Assembly: GCF_001194135.2 (NCBI RefSeq)
Contig: NC_068988.1
Location: 23,752,708-23,795,157 of the forward strand
Source of the DNA: Octopus bimaculoides
Lineage: Eukaryota
Length of the DNA stretch: 42,450 bases
Reading direction: 5' to 3'
The translations under genes and the position numbers were made by a program. Shown in pieces: positions 10,842 to 23,847 of this stretch. The notes under the pieces are model-generated. The model saw only the letters and a list, made by a program, of their open reading frames with translations. It made no database searches and was not told the origin of the DNA. Every line of letters begins with the position of its first letter. Within the stretch, counting starts at the first letter, position 1.

Positions 10842-11425
10842 NNNNNNNNNNNNNNNNNNNNNNNNNNNNNNNNNNNNNNNNNNTATATATATACATATAT
10901 ATATACACACATACACACATACACATTTATATATACATATATGGTAAGTCCAAGAATTGAGGTATAGTTTTATATTTATGCTTTCATTACGACCGTTTCA
11001 ACAATACATGGTTCAGATATACTCGGAACATACATGATTGGATATTGCTATAACATATTAAATGTGATCCTGTACTCTGTTAGTCATAATTTACCGCTGT
11101 ATATATGGAGGAGATTGCTTGGATTTCTAAATACCGTAATCTGCTCTACGTAGTTGTAGGTCGTAACATATTTGATTAGTAATGTTAATTTGATTAAAAT
11201 CTTCTATGCAAATCTATATACTAGAAATGTTTTTGTGGCTTTAATTTCTTTCTCAAATAATAGAATATGTTCAAATTGTTTGACTTTTTACGCTAAGATC
11301 TTTCGACTTAGGAGTAGATTTAATAATTTAAATTTTAAATTTTCATTCCTGGACAAATCGACTTTGTCTCGCCACTCGATTTTCATAATGGTGCAATCAT
11401 CAGGCGAAACTAAGAGGACTAACAG

Positions 11426-11469
<44 letters not shown>

Positions 11470-11844
11470 TGATATACTCAGATAGTCTTGTTCTTGAGCA
11501 ATTTCATTGGTTGTATGTAGGCAGGATATTTTATTCATTTCGTTTTGTGGAATACATTTAACGTCTGTATTTTTCTTATATATATTTATTGAAAATGTAT
11601 AGACTTTACCTTCAAAAATCTTGGACTGCTAGCATAATACATTAGCAATCGCGTGTTCAGATGTAGCTCGTTGTCACATTTTGAGCGTTTACGTCTTAAA
11701 GTTTCTTCTGAAGAGCCGCATTTTAATTTGTTTATGTGGGTATTATGTGTGAATTTGCGCGTAAATTTGGGCATTTTATTGTGACATCATGTGGATTTCT
11801 TACATGCCAAAAATGGCAGTCAAAGCCCAACACTACTAGAAGTA

Positions 11845-12409
11845 TTCTTTTCTACTCTGTGCACAAAGCCCGAAATTTGGTGAGGAAGGGGCCAGTCGAT
11901 TAGATTGACCCCAGTACGCAACTGGTACTTAATTTATCGACCCCGAAAGGATGAAAGGCAAAGCTGACCATGGAGGAATTTGAACCCAGAACGTAAAGAC
12001 AGACGAAATACCTATTTCGTTATTGCCCACAAGGGGCTAAACATAGAGGGGACAAACAAGGACAGACAAAGGGATTAAGTCGATTACATCGTCCCCAGTG
12101 CGTAACTGGTACTTAATTTATCGACCCCGAAAGGACGAAATACCGCTAAGCATTTCGCCCGGCGTGCTAATGTTCCTTATTTCTTTATTAACCACAAGGA
12201 GCTAAACATAGAGGGGACAAACAAGAACGGACAAACGGATTAAATCGATTACATCGACTCCAGTGCGTAACTGGTACTTAATTTATCGACCCCGAAAGGA
12301 TGAAAGGAAAAGTCGACCTCGACGGAATTTGAACTCAGAACGTAACAGCAGACGAAATACCGCTAAACATTTCGCCCGGCGCGCTAACGTTTCTGCCAGC
12401 TCACCGCCT
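11845..12409 (-). mobile_element. cluster of three nested/tandem SINE family A copies
   Basis: The core actggtacttaatttatcgaccccgaaagga occurs three times. 12176-12409 is full length. Confidence 0.92.
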
Positions 12410-12533
12410 GAAACATACTTATATTAAAGTACGTGCTTTAACGTAAGAAGGTCTTTTTCGTGGTTTGTGGCTTTGACTGCCATTTTTATCATGTAAAAAA
12501 TCCTTTTCTCTCTGTGTATATTTCATACACTAT

Positions 12534-12535
<2 letters not shown>

Positions 12536-12591
<56 letters not shown>

Positions 12592-12606
12592 CACACACAC
12601 ACACAT
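12536..12606. repeat. (CA)n microsatellite
   Basis: Direct reading. Confidence 0.97.
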
Positions 12607-13484
12607 ACATCAGCAAATGAGATTTGTACCCATGTATATTTCTGAGGATATAGTTAAGTGTATAGTATGTATAAGTGCATGTAAGATTGTAAAAAAAGAA
12701 ACTGACGCGAGAATATCTGGATGTTCATGTGTAAATTTTATCATGGTCCGTACATATAGTTCTTATGTGATAGATAATGCGCTACGCTTTATATAATATA
12801 CGTGTTGAAAGACATTTAGGAACTTACATCAATGATGTATTTGAGAGGGCTCATAATTGTTAAATGCTGTAAATGTGTTGCCGACGGAGGCAAATGTTAT
12901 CTGCAAGAGAAGAAAGGTTCAAATTGAAAACGGAAATTTAGAACACGGTTAAGGTAATAGCGTTGGAAATGGATTCTGTAACGGAAATTGTGTAGGTTTC
13001 TGATGAGGCAGGCTGATGTATTTAACAGCGAATGAATACTAACACATATAAATATATAATATCAAAATAAATACACAATCGACAAGATACATTTGTGCAA
13101 TGTATACTGTGCTTAAACTTGTAATGTATATTAGATTATATACGATAATATACAATAGTTTGTTATATTTTCGGTAGATATTCGGCTGTATCGACAGTGA
13201 TGCGAAACTCAAAATGATAGACGAAAGATATATTATTATTTGCGTCTTTCTGTTCGTATATATCTATATTTATATAAATAAGGATAAGATCGTTAATTAA
13301 ACTACCGATCTTATCAGGTGACCAGCATGGGAATAACAACCTCAGTGATAATAATTATTATTAAAATTATAATTAAGGGTGTCTAAGAGATACCTCCCTG
13401 CTAGATGTAACAGCCAAAACTTGACTCTAAAACATTTAATGTGGTTTTAGAGTCAGGTTTTGACGTATATATCTATATTTATAT

Positions 13485-13636
13485 TGGCTTCAAAATTTTG
13501 GCACTAGGCCAGTAGTACTGGTGGAGCAGGTAAGTCAATTACACCGACACCAGTGTTCAACTGGTACTTATTTTATTGACCTCGAAAGGATGAAGAGCAA
13601 CGTTGACCTCGGCGGAGTTTGAACTCAGATCGTAAG
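13485..13636 (-). mobile_element. SINE family A, 5'-truncated
   Basis: caactggtacttattttattgacctcgaaaggatgaagagcaacgttgacctcggcggagtttgaactcaga. Confidence 0.8.
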
Positions 13637-13845
13637 ATAGATGTATATTTCTATATCTTAAAATAGGATTTTATTAACCACGTATTATTGAAAATGCATT
13701 CATAAATAAAGTACAGAACTGGGAATGATTATTATCGGTTTAGCCTAGAGAAAAGTAAATTCGGCCTAGCCAAGCCTAGATTTAAATTAGTTCGACTTAA
13801 GTCGTGTCTCCTGAAACCAATTAATGACGTGGGGTGAGATTTTCT

Positions 13846-13881
<36 letters not shown>

Positions 13882-14299
13882 CACCAGTGAGTAGACAAAG
13901 GAAAGAAGGGCATCAACACATTTATTGGGAGTTACATGTATAGATCAAAATAGTTTCATAGAGGATTCTTGGTACTCCGAGTTTCAACTGAGTGGTTAGT
14001 CTTCAGTCATTGGGGTGTGAATGAGAGTTCGATTGACGAGAGCATTGTTGTCTCTCCATTGCAAACTGTTTGTCAGACATTCGTGAATGGCGCTCAACAG
14101 TTTGGAGCAATATATACATACATATATATATATATAATTTTAAATCTGGTCAACTTCCCTCGACAAAGGACGAATAATATCATATTATGAACCGTCTGCT
14201 ATGATTCATGTAAATCGTTGCATGACTCCCCGTGGAGTTTCTGAAATAATATGCACCTATGAATGGTTCTACCACGTGATTCTAAAAGAAATATTGAAG

Positions 14300-14660
14300 A
14301 TAAATCGTTCAGGTATGATTTTGACTCACTTTGGAGTCATGTGATTTCAGATTTAATCTCACTGCACGGTGTCTTGAGCGTGTCTTCTATTATAGCCCCA
14401 GGTAGAGCAATTCCATGTCAGTGAAATTTATAGAAGGAAACTGTATGGAAGCCGTCGTATATACTTGTGAAATTTGTGTTTATGTTTTGTTTGTACCCAC
14501 CTCGTTGTTTCAAAACCGATGTTGGTTTGTTTACATCCTCATGACTGATAGAATATGTACCAGGCTTAAGAATTAATTAACTGGGTCGATTTGTTCGACT
14601 AAAACCGCCAAGGGAGATCCCCAACATCGCGATAATCCAATATTTGAAACATGCAAAAGA
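14300..14660 (+). mobile_element. old SINE family B
   Basis: gtgtcttctattatagcc...ggaaactgtatggaagccgtcgtatat...aaccgatgttggtttgtttacatcc...gggtcgatttgttcgactaaaa, a degenerate reverse complement of 5093-5509. Confidence 0.7.
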
Positions 14661-16538
14661 TAATCCAAAGCATAACATAAACTAAACGGCAAAATTGGAA
14701 CAGCTTTGTTGAACATGAATTTGTCTCACATGGTCAAATGGTTAATACATAGAATAGTAATTGGATGCTTTTTGGCGCTCGAGAGAGACAGGCTGCTGAA
14801 AGAGAACTAGAGGTATAGAGAAACAAAATTTACTTGCTTCTATATCACAATACAACTACCTGCGTATCAGTTCTTGATGGTGGGTTTTGTCAAAGCTAAA
14901 GACGATGTGAAATCACACAAGCTTTAATTGTGGATTTGACATAGAGGACTTTCTTTTCCTTTCCCAAAGTTGAAATCCAACGTGAAATTTCATCGATTTT
15001 GCAGTAGACATGAGGTCGAAGAAATTTTCTAAAAGAACTGAACTGGTCGAACGCTGAAAAGTTATTTCAAGAGGTGTTTCTAAATCAAGACGAAGACAGA
15101 AAAATGTTGTGATGGTGGTAGTAGTACTGGGGAGGACAGTTTATTCGTATTGTAGGGGATTATTTTGAAAGGGACACGTCTGATTAAATGATTAAATTGC
15201 CATTGTTTTTTAAGTTTCGTATCTTTACTACAGATTATGGGTGTGAGCATATATATGTGTATGTGTGTGTATGTATACGCATACACATAAAGATATATAT
15301 ATATATATGTATACAAAAAGAGAGAAAGGGAGAGGAGTGAGAAAGAAAGTGACAGAATGTGAGAGAGCAGAGAGCAGAGAGACAGAGAGAGTATAGTGGA
15401 AGGAGTGCCATATAATATATTTATATATGCGTATATCTGTGTTTATGTGTGTGTTTGAACGTTGGTTTGCAAGGACGTGCTTCCATTTTTCCGCTTTTCA
15501 TCTTTGTTCTGTCTATTTTCTATGTTGCGTTTCCCTTCCTATATTTAAATTACGTTTTATCTAATCTCGTCTAATTAATTCATCAGCCAGAGAGAAAACA
15601 TCAGTGAGAGCGGCTATTTGGCAAGGAAACACTAAAACAAGGAGTATTAATCTAACTTCTTTATTCTTTTGAGTTTGTTTTGTCATTAGTCGACAACGAC
15701 GAGTGAAGTAAGTAAGAAGAATAACAAGAATAACAATAATACCGTAATCAAAAGTGCACAAGCTACACACACAGATTTATACAAACACACATTCACTCGT
15801 ATACATATATAAATAAATATATATATGCCTATATATACACTCTGTTATTTTGAACACATACATCCACACCCAGGAGCTGATAGTAAGTCAAACATATGAA
15901 ACCCTCACATAGAAAACACACAGAATATTAGCTTTGTGTCAACCAACTTACGGCCATATTTTTTTTCTTATGCTCGCGTCAGTATTTGTCTAACAGTTAA
16001 ACATAATCACATTGCACCAGTATTTCGTTTCGTTTTTCTTTGCTGTTTCTGTATTTCCTAAATTAAATACGCTTTTCAGTGTTTCTGCAAGCTTCTTTAC
16101 TGAGTCAATACATACATAGATACACATACACACACGCACAGAGACATATTTCTACACACACACACACACACACANNNNNNNNNNNNNNNNNNNNNNNNNN
16201 NNNNNNNNNNNNNNNNNNNNNNNNNNNNNNNNNNNNNNNNNNNNNNNNNNNNNNNNNNNNNNNNNNNNNNNNNNNNNNNNNNNNNNNNNNNNNNNNNNNN
16301 NNNNNNNNNNNNNNNNNNNNNNNNNNNNNNNNNNNNNNNNNNNNNNNNNNNNNNNNNNNNNNNNNNNNNNNNNNNNNNNNNNNNNNNNNNNNNNNNNNNN
16401 NNNNNNNNNNNNNNNNNNNNNNNNNNNNNNNNNNNNNNNNNNNNNNNNNNNNNNNNNNNNNNNNNNNNNNNNNNNNNNNNNNNNNNNNNNNNNNNNNNNN
16501 NNNNNNNNNNNNNNNNNNNNNNNNNNNNNNNNNNNNNN

Positions 16539-16594
<56 letters not shown>

Positions 16595-17429
16595 CTATAT
16601 ACAGTATATACATATATGTTATATATATACACGCATATTTACATATACATGCATACATACATGCATCCCCCACACACACATATATATATATTTACATACA
16701 TACATATACATCCATACATACGTGTATGTATACATATTTATGCATAACAAACAGATATATATCTGTACATTTATAGATGCATAATGTGTGTGCGTCCATG
16801 TATGTGTGTGCGTGCGTTTGTATGTGCGTATGTGTATATATGTACTATATGTATGTACGCGCATGCGTCTAGATGTATTTCAAAATTGGCCGAGAATTCC
16901 AGGTGGAACTAAATTTCGTTCGCATTGCCTTCCTACATATTTCAATTATGGTTATTGACTGTGCTTTCCTTACACTGTCTGAATGTAGCTTCTAGAAACT
17001 ATACATCGTGATGAGAGTTTGTTTGTGTAACCATCCAACAATGTTTTGAATGCAGAAAAGGCTATTTAGCAAACATCTGTTTTTTGTAATTTGTAAGTCA
17101 TAGGCATTCTTTCATGTAAACTTATTTCATTACGTAACATCAGACTGGAGACATTCTGTACACAAGCTGCCATATCTAGCAAATGGGAGAGTCTCACTGT
17201 GGTCGGTCCACTAATTAGAAACGGCAGCGTGCTTGTTTACTTTCTTTCAAATCTCATCATGCCGTCGCAGTCGTGGAAGAGAAGGCACATCGGCCATATT
17301 GTACGTCTGAATGCATTGTGTGTGCGTGAATAAAAGACGTCATTGTCACTGTTGTTCGGTTTGGGGTGTATTTTATTATGTAAAAGCTCAATCGGAGGCT
17401 ACTTAAGGCTAAACAAGAAGAATAAGATG

Positions 17430-17635
17430 GAAGAAGAAGAAAAGAGAAGTGGAGGAGGAGAAGGGGGAAGATGATGGTGATGATGATCATAATGATGATG
17501 ATGATGATGATGTTGATGACAACTACGACGACGACGACGATCAAAATAGGAAGGATAATAATGAGAGGAAAGGAAAGAGGAGGAGGAGGAGGAAGAAGAA
17601 GAAGAAGGCAGGGAAGAGGAGGAGAAGGAGGAAGT

Positions 17636-17670
<35 letters not shown>

Positions 17671-17890
17671 ACTACTAAGACGACGACGATCAAAATAGGA
17701 AGAAGAAGAAGAAGAAGAAGAAGAAGAAAAGAAGAAGAAGAAGAAGAAGAAGAAGAAGAAGAAAAGGAGAAGGAGGAAGAGGAGCAAAAGTAGCAGGAAG
17801 AAGAGCAAGAATACGAAAAGAAGAAAGAAAACATGTTCATGATGATTATTACGATGACGACGACGACGCCAGCAACAGCAGCAACAACAA
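17430..17890. repeat. compound (GAG/GAT/GAC/GAA)n microsatellite field
   Basis: Direct reading; source of the poly-E/D/M/R ORFs. Confidence 0.95.
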
Positions 17891-18094
17891 CGTCGACATT
17901 AGTACACGCATGAGACATATTTGAAGGCAAATAGTAAGAATACAGAAGAATCACGTTTTCTTTTTTTTTTTAACAATTGAGGAATTATATAACATGAGGA
18001 TTCGATAAATATCGGTACAGAAGTATAAAGTCCTCAGAATCGCTGCAGCTGCCGGGTTCTATTAACATAAAGACCCTCTCTTGGCGGAAACACG

Positions 18095-18295
18095 TTCTTT
18101 TCTACTCTAGGCACAATGCCCGAAATTTTGGGGGATTAGAATGACGCCAGTACGCAACTGGTTTAATTGATCGACCTCGAAAGGATGAAAGGCAAAGTCG
18201 ACCTCGGAGGAATTTGAACTCAGAACATAACGGCAGACGAAATACCGCTAAGCATTTCGCCCGGCGTGTTAACGATTCTGCCAGCTCGCCGCCTT
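18095..18295 (-). mobile_element. SINE family A, full length
   Basis: Ends gattctgccagctcgccgcctt; contains gaatttgaactcaga and the family core. Confidence 0.92.
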
Positions 18296-18594
18296 ACAAT
18301 TACTGATATATTACAAAGCTTTGTCTTACAATGAAGTATCGTTCTCACAACTGACATCACAAAGTCACTGACAGACTACCCCAGTACTACCACTGTACTC
18401 CAGAGACAGCAAGTTACATACACACGAGATATATTGGTACATAGATTCGTACATACCTACCTATATATACTTACCTACATACATACCTACTGACACACAA
18501 AAATACACACACAAAATCATACAGACACAAACACACACACATCCACATGCACACACACATACACATACAAATAAACACAAACACATAATCTTTT

Positions 18595-18810
18595 ATTCTT
18601 TCATTCATAAGACTGCGGGCATGCTGGAGCACGGCCATAGAGGATCTGGCGTCGAGTGACTCGACTCCAGTTGTTATCTCTTAAAAAAGCATGGTACTTA
18701 TTCTATTGCTCTCTTTTGCTGAACCGTTAGTTATAGTGACAGAAACTCGTCAGTACCACTCGTCGAACGGTGGTGGGATGACAAACACAGACACAAACAT
18801 GCATATACAC
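18595..18810 (-). mobile_element. SINE family B 3' half, running into a gap
   Basis: gactgcgggcatgctggagcacggcc...ggtacttattctattgctctcttttgctgaaccgttagtta matches 5120-5240. Confidence 0.75.
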
Positions 18811-21800
18811 ACATTATCTTATATATANNNNNNNNNNNNNNNNNNNNNNNNNNNNNNNNNNNNNNNNNNNNNNNNNNNNNNNNNNNNNNNNNNNNNNNNN
18901 NNNNNNNNNNNNNNNNNNNNNNNNNNNNNNNNNNNNNNNNNNNNNNNNNNNNNNNNNNNNNNNNNNNNNNNNNNNNNTATATATATATATATATATATGC
19001 TTATTTCTCATGTTGACGCATGACCAAACACCTGAAAAGTAGAGGTATTGTATTTCTGATTCACTCATGACATAGTTACTTTCTATTAACTTATCGACTC
19101 CACACGAGTTGAATGGTGAAGTGAAAACGTTAGTGATGTTCGCAATTACGTTGTTAAATACAGTAGTTAAATTCTAGAAAGCTTACATCACGACTAATAA
19201 TAATTAATAATCAAACTTTATTAATTTTCCCATATGTGTAATACAAAACTTTAACTTCAAACATTAGTTATTTCGAAATAATGTAAGTTTATCTCATAAA
19301 ATATATACCCATGCACCCAATCATCACTCGCTAAAATTACTAGACATGTACCAAAATTTGCATTCATTATTATTACTATATCATAATACAATTTATTGTG
19401 ATATTATTAACTTTGTTGCCACATATGGTAACACATGTTGTTGTTTAATAACCGAGATCAAGTTCTACCATTCAGATTCTGCATTGCATTTTATACCAAC
19501 TTTAATCATTGGGAAACATTCACTAAATTCAGTTCAAATGACTACATCTGGCGAAACATTACTAAATCTACAGCCGTTAATTGCGTCAATATTGCCGGCT
19601 AGATTAGGTGTGGTATTTCAAAGTTTAACTTACTTAAATTTATAAATATATATGTTTATGTTGACACTTATTATTGCCTAAACTACTTTCATTACTCTAA
19701 TATTTGTTTATGGATTCGTTTATGCCACTGCCGTCTTTCCGTCACTGTGTTGACTACCAACTTTATTAGATTTATCCTACCTGTTTCTATTTAAAGTACT
19801 TATAGATTATAGTCGTTGATACTATGATTATGGTTGTCTGTATATTAATTATTTTGTTTTCCTTTTCGCTTTTCTCCAATTAAAAATTTCGCAGAGACTT
19901 TGTTGTTTATAACTTAAGGTTTGCCTTAAGTTATTTTCCCTTATTTATAATTAGCTAGATTTATCTTAATTAAAGCTAATATTCTATTAGTTCTGCAATA
20001 ATTAATTGAAACACTTTAATCGGGAATTAAAGAAATCTATTTGTACCTTTGGCATTTATAAACCATGTACAAAAGAATATAACAGTAAATGAGTTTTTGG
20101 AACAACGTCGGTAGCTGTATTCACATATCTATTCATAGGTTCAGATGCCGTGCTACCCGCCTATTGCCTGCTAGCATACAAGTCTGTTTTGCCAGTACCA
20201 GCCTTTATGGGCGAGTGTGCTAAGTGTAAGGACATCTGTAGAAAGAACTTTTCCTTTTGCTATTCGATAATTTGCAAACTAACTCGGCTGTCTACCATTG
20301 TGATTGACCGGTTGTACAAATTTCACTTGATGTTCTGTTGATTAATCAACACGCCACTACTCGCGTGTATATTTGTTAATCCTGATTATCTGAGAGTTGC
20401 GTAAATGATTTACATAATCTCATGGATGTTGTGCATAATGCATGCTTGACTGTACTAAATTTAGATCACAAGAAAGACTTTTAACGAAACAATTGTTGTA
20501 GTTCGAGGGAACCCATTCGTCTGTTTCTTATTATGTTTTTATTATTAAGGTTGCATTTATGCCTTTGATACTATTGCAGTTGTGGATGAGTAAAACAACA
20601 GTGAATAGCTCTTCATCGATGTATGCCGTGCTATGATAATACATTACTTAACCGTCGAATACGTGTTACCCTCTCTTGTTAGCTAATAATTGTGGCATGC
20701 CTTACCTTGATATACTTAAATTTGACACTTTGTGCTCCCCCACCTGTAATCAAATATATGCATGTGTGTGTGTGTATGGGTGTGTGTGTGTATACATACA
20801 TATATATATATATATATGTATAAAGATATATGTATATATATGTGTCTGTATGTGTGTATGTATATATATATATAGATATATTATTTTGTTTAAAAGAGTT
20901 CCAACACTGTCTGTTTTTTATGTTTTATTTATATTCCTGCAGAACCAATGTGGAGTATAGAATATGGAATATACAATATATAATATAATATACAATATAT
21001 AATATAAAATAAAATAAAATAAAAATGGATGGCACCATGAAATAAAGTATTGAATGTAGATGAAATATTGAGTGTTTAATATAAAGGATCAAATATATAA
21101 ATATAAATATAAATATNNNNNNNNNNNNNNNNNNNNNNNNNNNNNNNNNNNNNNNNNNNNNNNNNNNNNNNNNNNNNNNNNNNNNNNNNNNNNNNNNNNN
21201 NNNNNNNNNNNNNNNNNNNNNNNNNNNNNNNNNNNNNNNNNNNNNNNNNNNNNNNNNNNNNNNNNNNNNNNNNNNNNNNNNNNNNNNNNNNNNNNNNNNN
21301 NNNNNNNNNNNNNNNNNNNNNNNNNNNNNNNNNNNNNNNNNNNNNNNNNNNNNNNNNNNNNNNNNNNNNNNNNNNNNNNNNNNNNNNNNNNNNNNNNNNN
21401 NNNNNNNNNNNNNNNNNNNNNNNNNNNNNNNNNNNNNNNNNNNNNNNNNNNNNNNNNNNNNNNNNNNNNNNNNNNNNNNNNNNNNNNNNNNNNNNNNNNN
21501 NNNNNNNNNNNNNNNNNNNNNNNNNNNNNNNNNNNNNNNNNNNNNNNNNNNNNNNNNATATATATATATATATATATACACGCACACGGATATATAGGTG
21601 TATGTGTGCTTGTGGTGTGCGTGCGTGTTCAGATTCACTGATGAAAGCGTCCAAGCCAAAATTTAGACGCCGATGTATATATTTTATTTGTTAAATATGT
21701 TCTCTATTACAAGGTACTGTTCAAACATTCACTGTTAATCTTTTATTTATAACGTTACATATGAAAACTATTAATATATTTATACGTATATGTATTCAAG

Positions 21801-23099
21801 CTCAAGCAATTTTTCAGTTTTACACTTGTCTCAGGAACAATGTTAATCATATTGTAGTTGTCTCTTGTACATGTGTAAAGATGCTAAGTATGTTTGGAAG
21901 CGTATATTAAAGTATGTGAGCATGTATATATATGATGGAATCGTAAGCGTTTAGTCTGCGTTTGTTTATGTCAAACGTAGCTCTCCCATTCGATAAGTGA
22001 AGAACAATCAAATTATTAGCAGAGTGCCGTTTAAATAGTCCTCTTGCAGTTTCTAAATACCACCTCTGATGTTTAGAGCCCTGTGATAGTCAGTTATGGT
22101 AGCAGACATCTTATAACTTCTGTCAGTTCCTATGGTTCTTAAAGCAACTGGTTCAACGTTTCACGAGATCTGATCAAACTAAACTACCGTGTTATGCAAT
22201 GTAATTCGTTGCGATTATAGCATGAATAGTTTGGTGAACGAATGCTGGAGAAAAGTCTACGTCGATTATATGTTACTAAAGAGGATTTAGTTTCGGAACC
22301 AGGAGATAATCTTACACAGGTTTCCCGTATATCGTAATATCTCTCAAACAACAAATATTAATTGAATANNNNNNNNNNNNNNNNNNNNNNNNNNNNNNNN
22401 NNNNNNNNNNNNNNNNNNNNNNNNNNNNNNNNNNNNNNNNNNNNNNNNNNNNNNNNNNNNNNNNNNNNNNNNNNNNNNNNNNNNNNNNNNNNNNNNNNNN
22501 NNNNNNNNNNNNNNNNNNNNNNNNNNNNNNNNNNNNNNNNNNNNNNNNNNNNNNNNNNNNNNNNNNNNNNNNNNNNNNNNNNNNNNNNNNNNNNNNNNNN
22601 NNNNNNNNNNNNNNNNNNNNNNNNNNNNNNNNNNNNNNNNNNNNNNNNNNNNNNNNNNNNNNNNNNNNNNNNNNNNNNNNNNNNNNNNNNNNNNNNNNNN
22701 NNNNNNNNNNNNNNNNNNNNNNNNNNNNNNNNNNNNNNNNNNNNNNNNNNNNNNNNNNNNNNNNNNNNNNNNNNNNNNNNNNNNNNNNNNNNNNNNNNNN
22801 NNNNNNNNNNNNNNNNNNNNNNNNNNNNNNNNNNNNNNNNNNNNNNNNNNNNNNNNNNNNNNNNNNNNNNNNNNNNNNNNNNNNNNNNNNNNNNNNNNNN
22901 NNNNNNNNNNNNNNNNNNNNNNNNNNNNNNNNNNNNNNNNNNNNNNNNNNNNNNNNNNNNNNNNNNNNNNNNNNNNNNNNNNNNNNNNNNNNNNNNNNNN
23001 NNNNNNNNNNNNNNNNNNNNNNNNNNNNNNNNNNNNNTATATATTTGTACATATGTATCATATATATATGTATGTATGTGTGTATCTATGAATGTATGT

Positions 23100-23680
23100 C
23101 ATTGTTCATTTTTATCTCAAGATTTCTTGCCAATAGAGAAACAGCCGGTTTCTAACATTGGAATTTAAACATCAAGCACAAGGTATTTTTGTTTGTTTGT
23201 ATGTATGTATGTATGTATGTGTGCATATTTGTATGGTTTGTTTTATGTATGTATTCTCATGCATTTAGTTGCATATCTATACATGCTCATATATATTTAA
23301 ATGATAAACTTCTGGAAAAGTTTTACAGATTTTACAGTTCCAATGATGGATTGGATCTGTAGTCTTTGAATTAGATTTCTCCTTTCGGATTTTGAGAAGC
23401 CTAATTTGTCAAGATTAGTATTTAAGCAGTATGTAACATATCCCAGTCTCCCAATAATTACCGGAACTTGTAATCTGGATAGAGTAACTGCAGATTTCTC
23501 AATACTTCAGCGTAAGTATTCTCTTTTTCGCTGATCTTCAGTTTTATGTTAATATCTGCTGGGCAGCTAATTTCCACAGCTGTGCACAGTTTCTCTTCTC
23601 TATCCCAAATAATTATTTCAGGTTTGTTGTGCTTACATTTTATTGAGGTCTTCACTGGGACATTTCACCATTACTCCTTT
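23100..23680 (-). mobile_element. 3' fragment of an R4/Dong-like (RLE) non-LTR retrotransposon with 3' UTR
   Basis: Minus strand W*NVPVKTSIKCKHNKPEIIIWDREEKLCTAVEISCPADINIKLKISEKENTYAEVLRNLQLLYPDYKF / VIIGRLGYVTYCLNTNLDKLGFSKSERRNLIQRLQIQSIIGTVKSVKLFQKFII* (stop 23297-23299). Has the HN.PD..I.D....C..VE..CP...K.EK..Y and VIIG.LG RLE motifs; PD reads PE. The clade call is less certain than the domain call. Confidence 0.8.
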
Positions 23681-23792
23681 TTATTATAAGTGGCTATGGC
23701 TTCTACCATACTGTGGGTTCTTATTTCTTTCTCCTCGGGGTTATCCTATGTATGTACGTACGTATGTATGTATGTATGTATGTTTGTGCGTG

Positions 23793-23847
<55 letters not shown>

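Noticed and set aside
11845-12409. Three near-identical ~30-bp repeats separated by spacers, CRISPR-like
   Set aside because: The repeats are SINE cores and the spacers are homologous SINE bodies. No cas genes; eukaryotic context.
13444-13452. GTTTTAGAG, the start of a type II-A CRISPR repeat
   Set aside because: Single 9-mer forming one arm of a local hairpin; no array.
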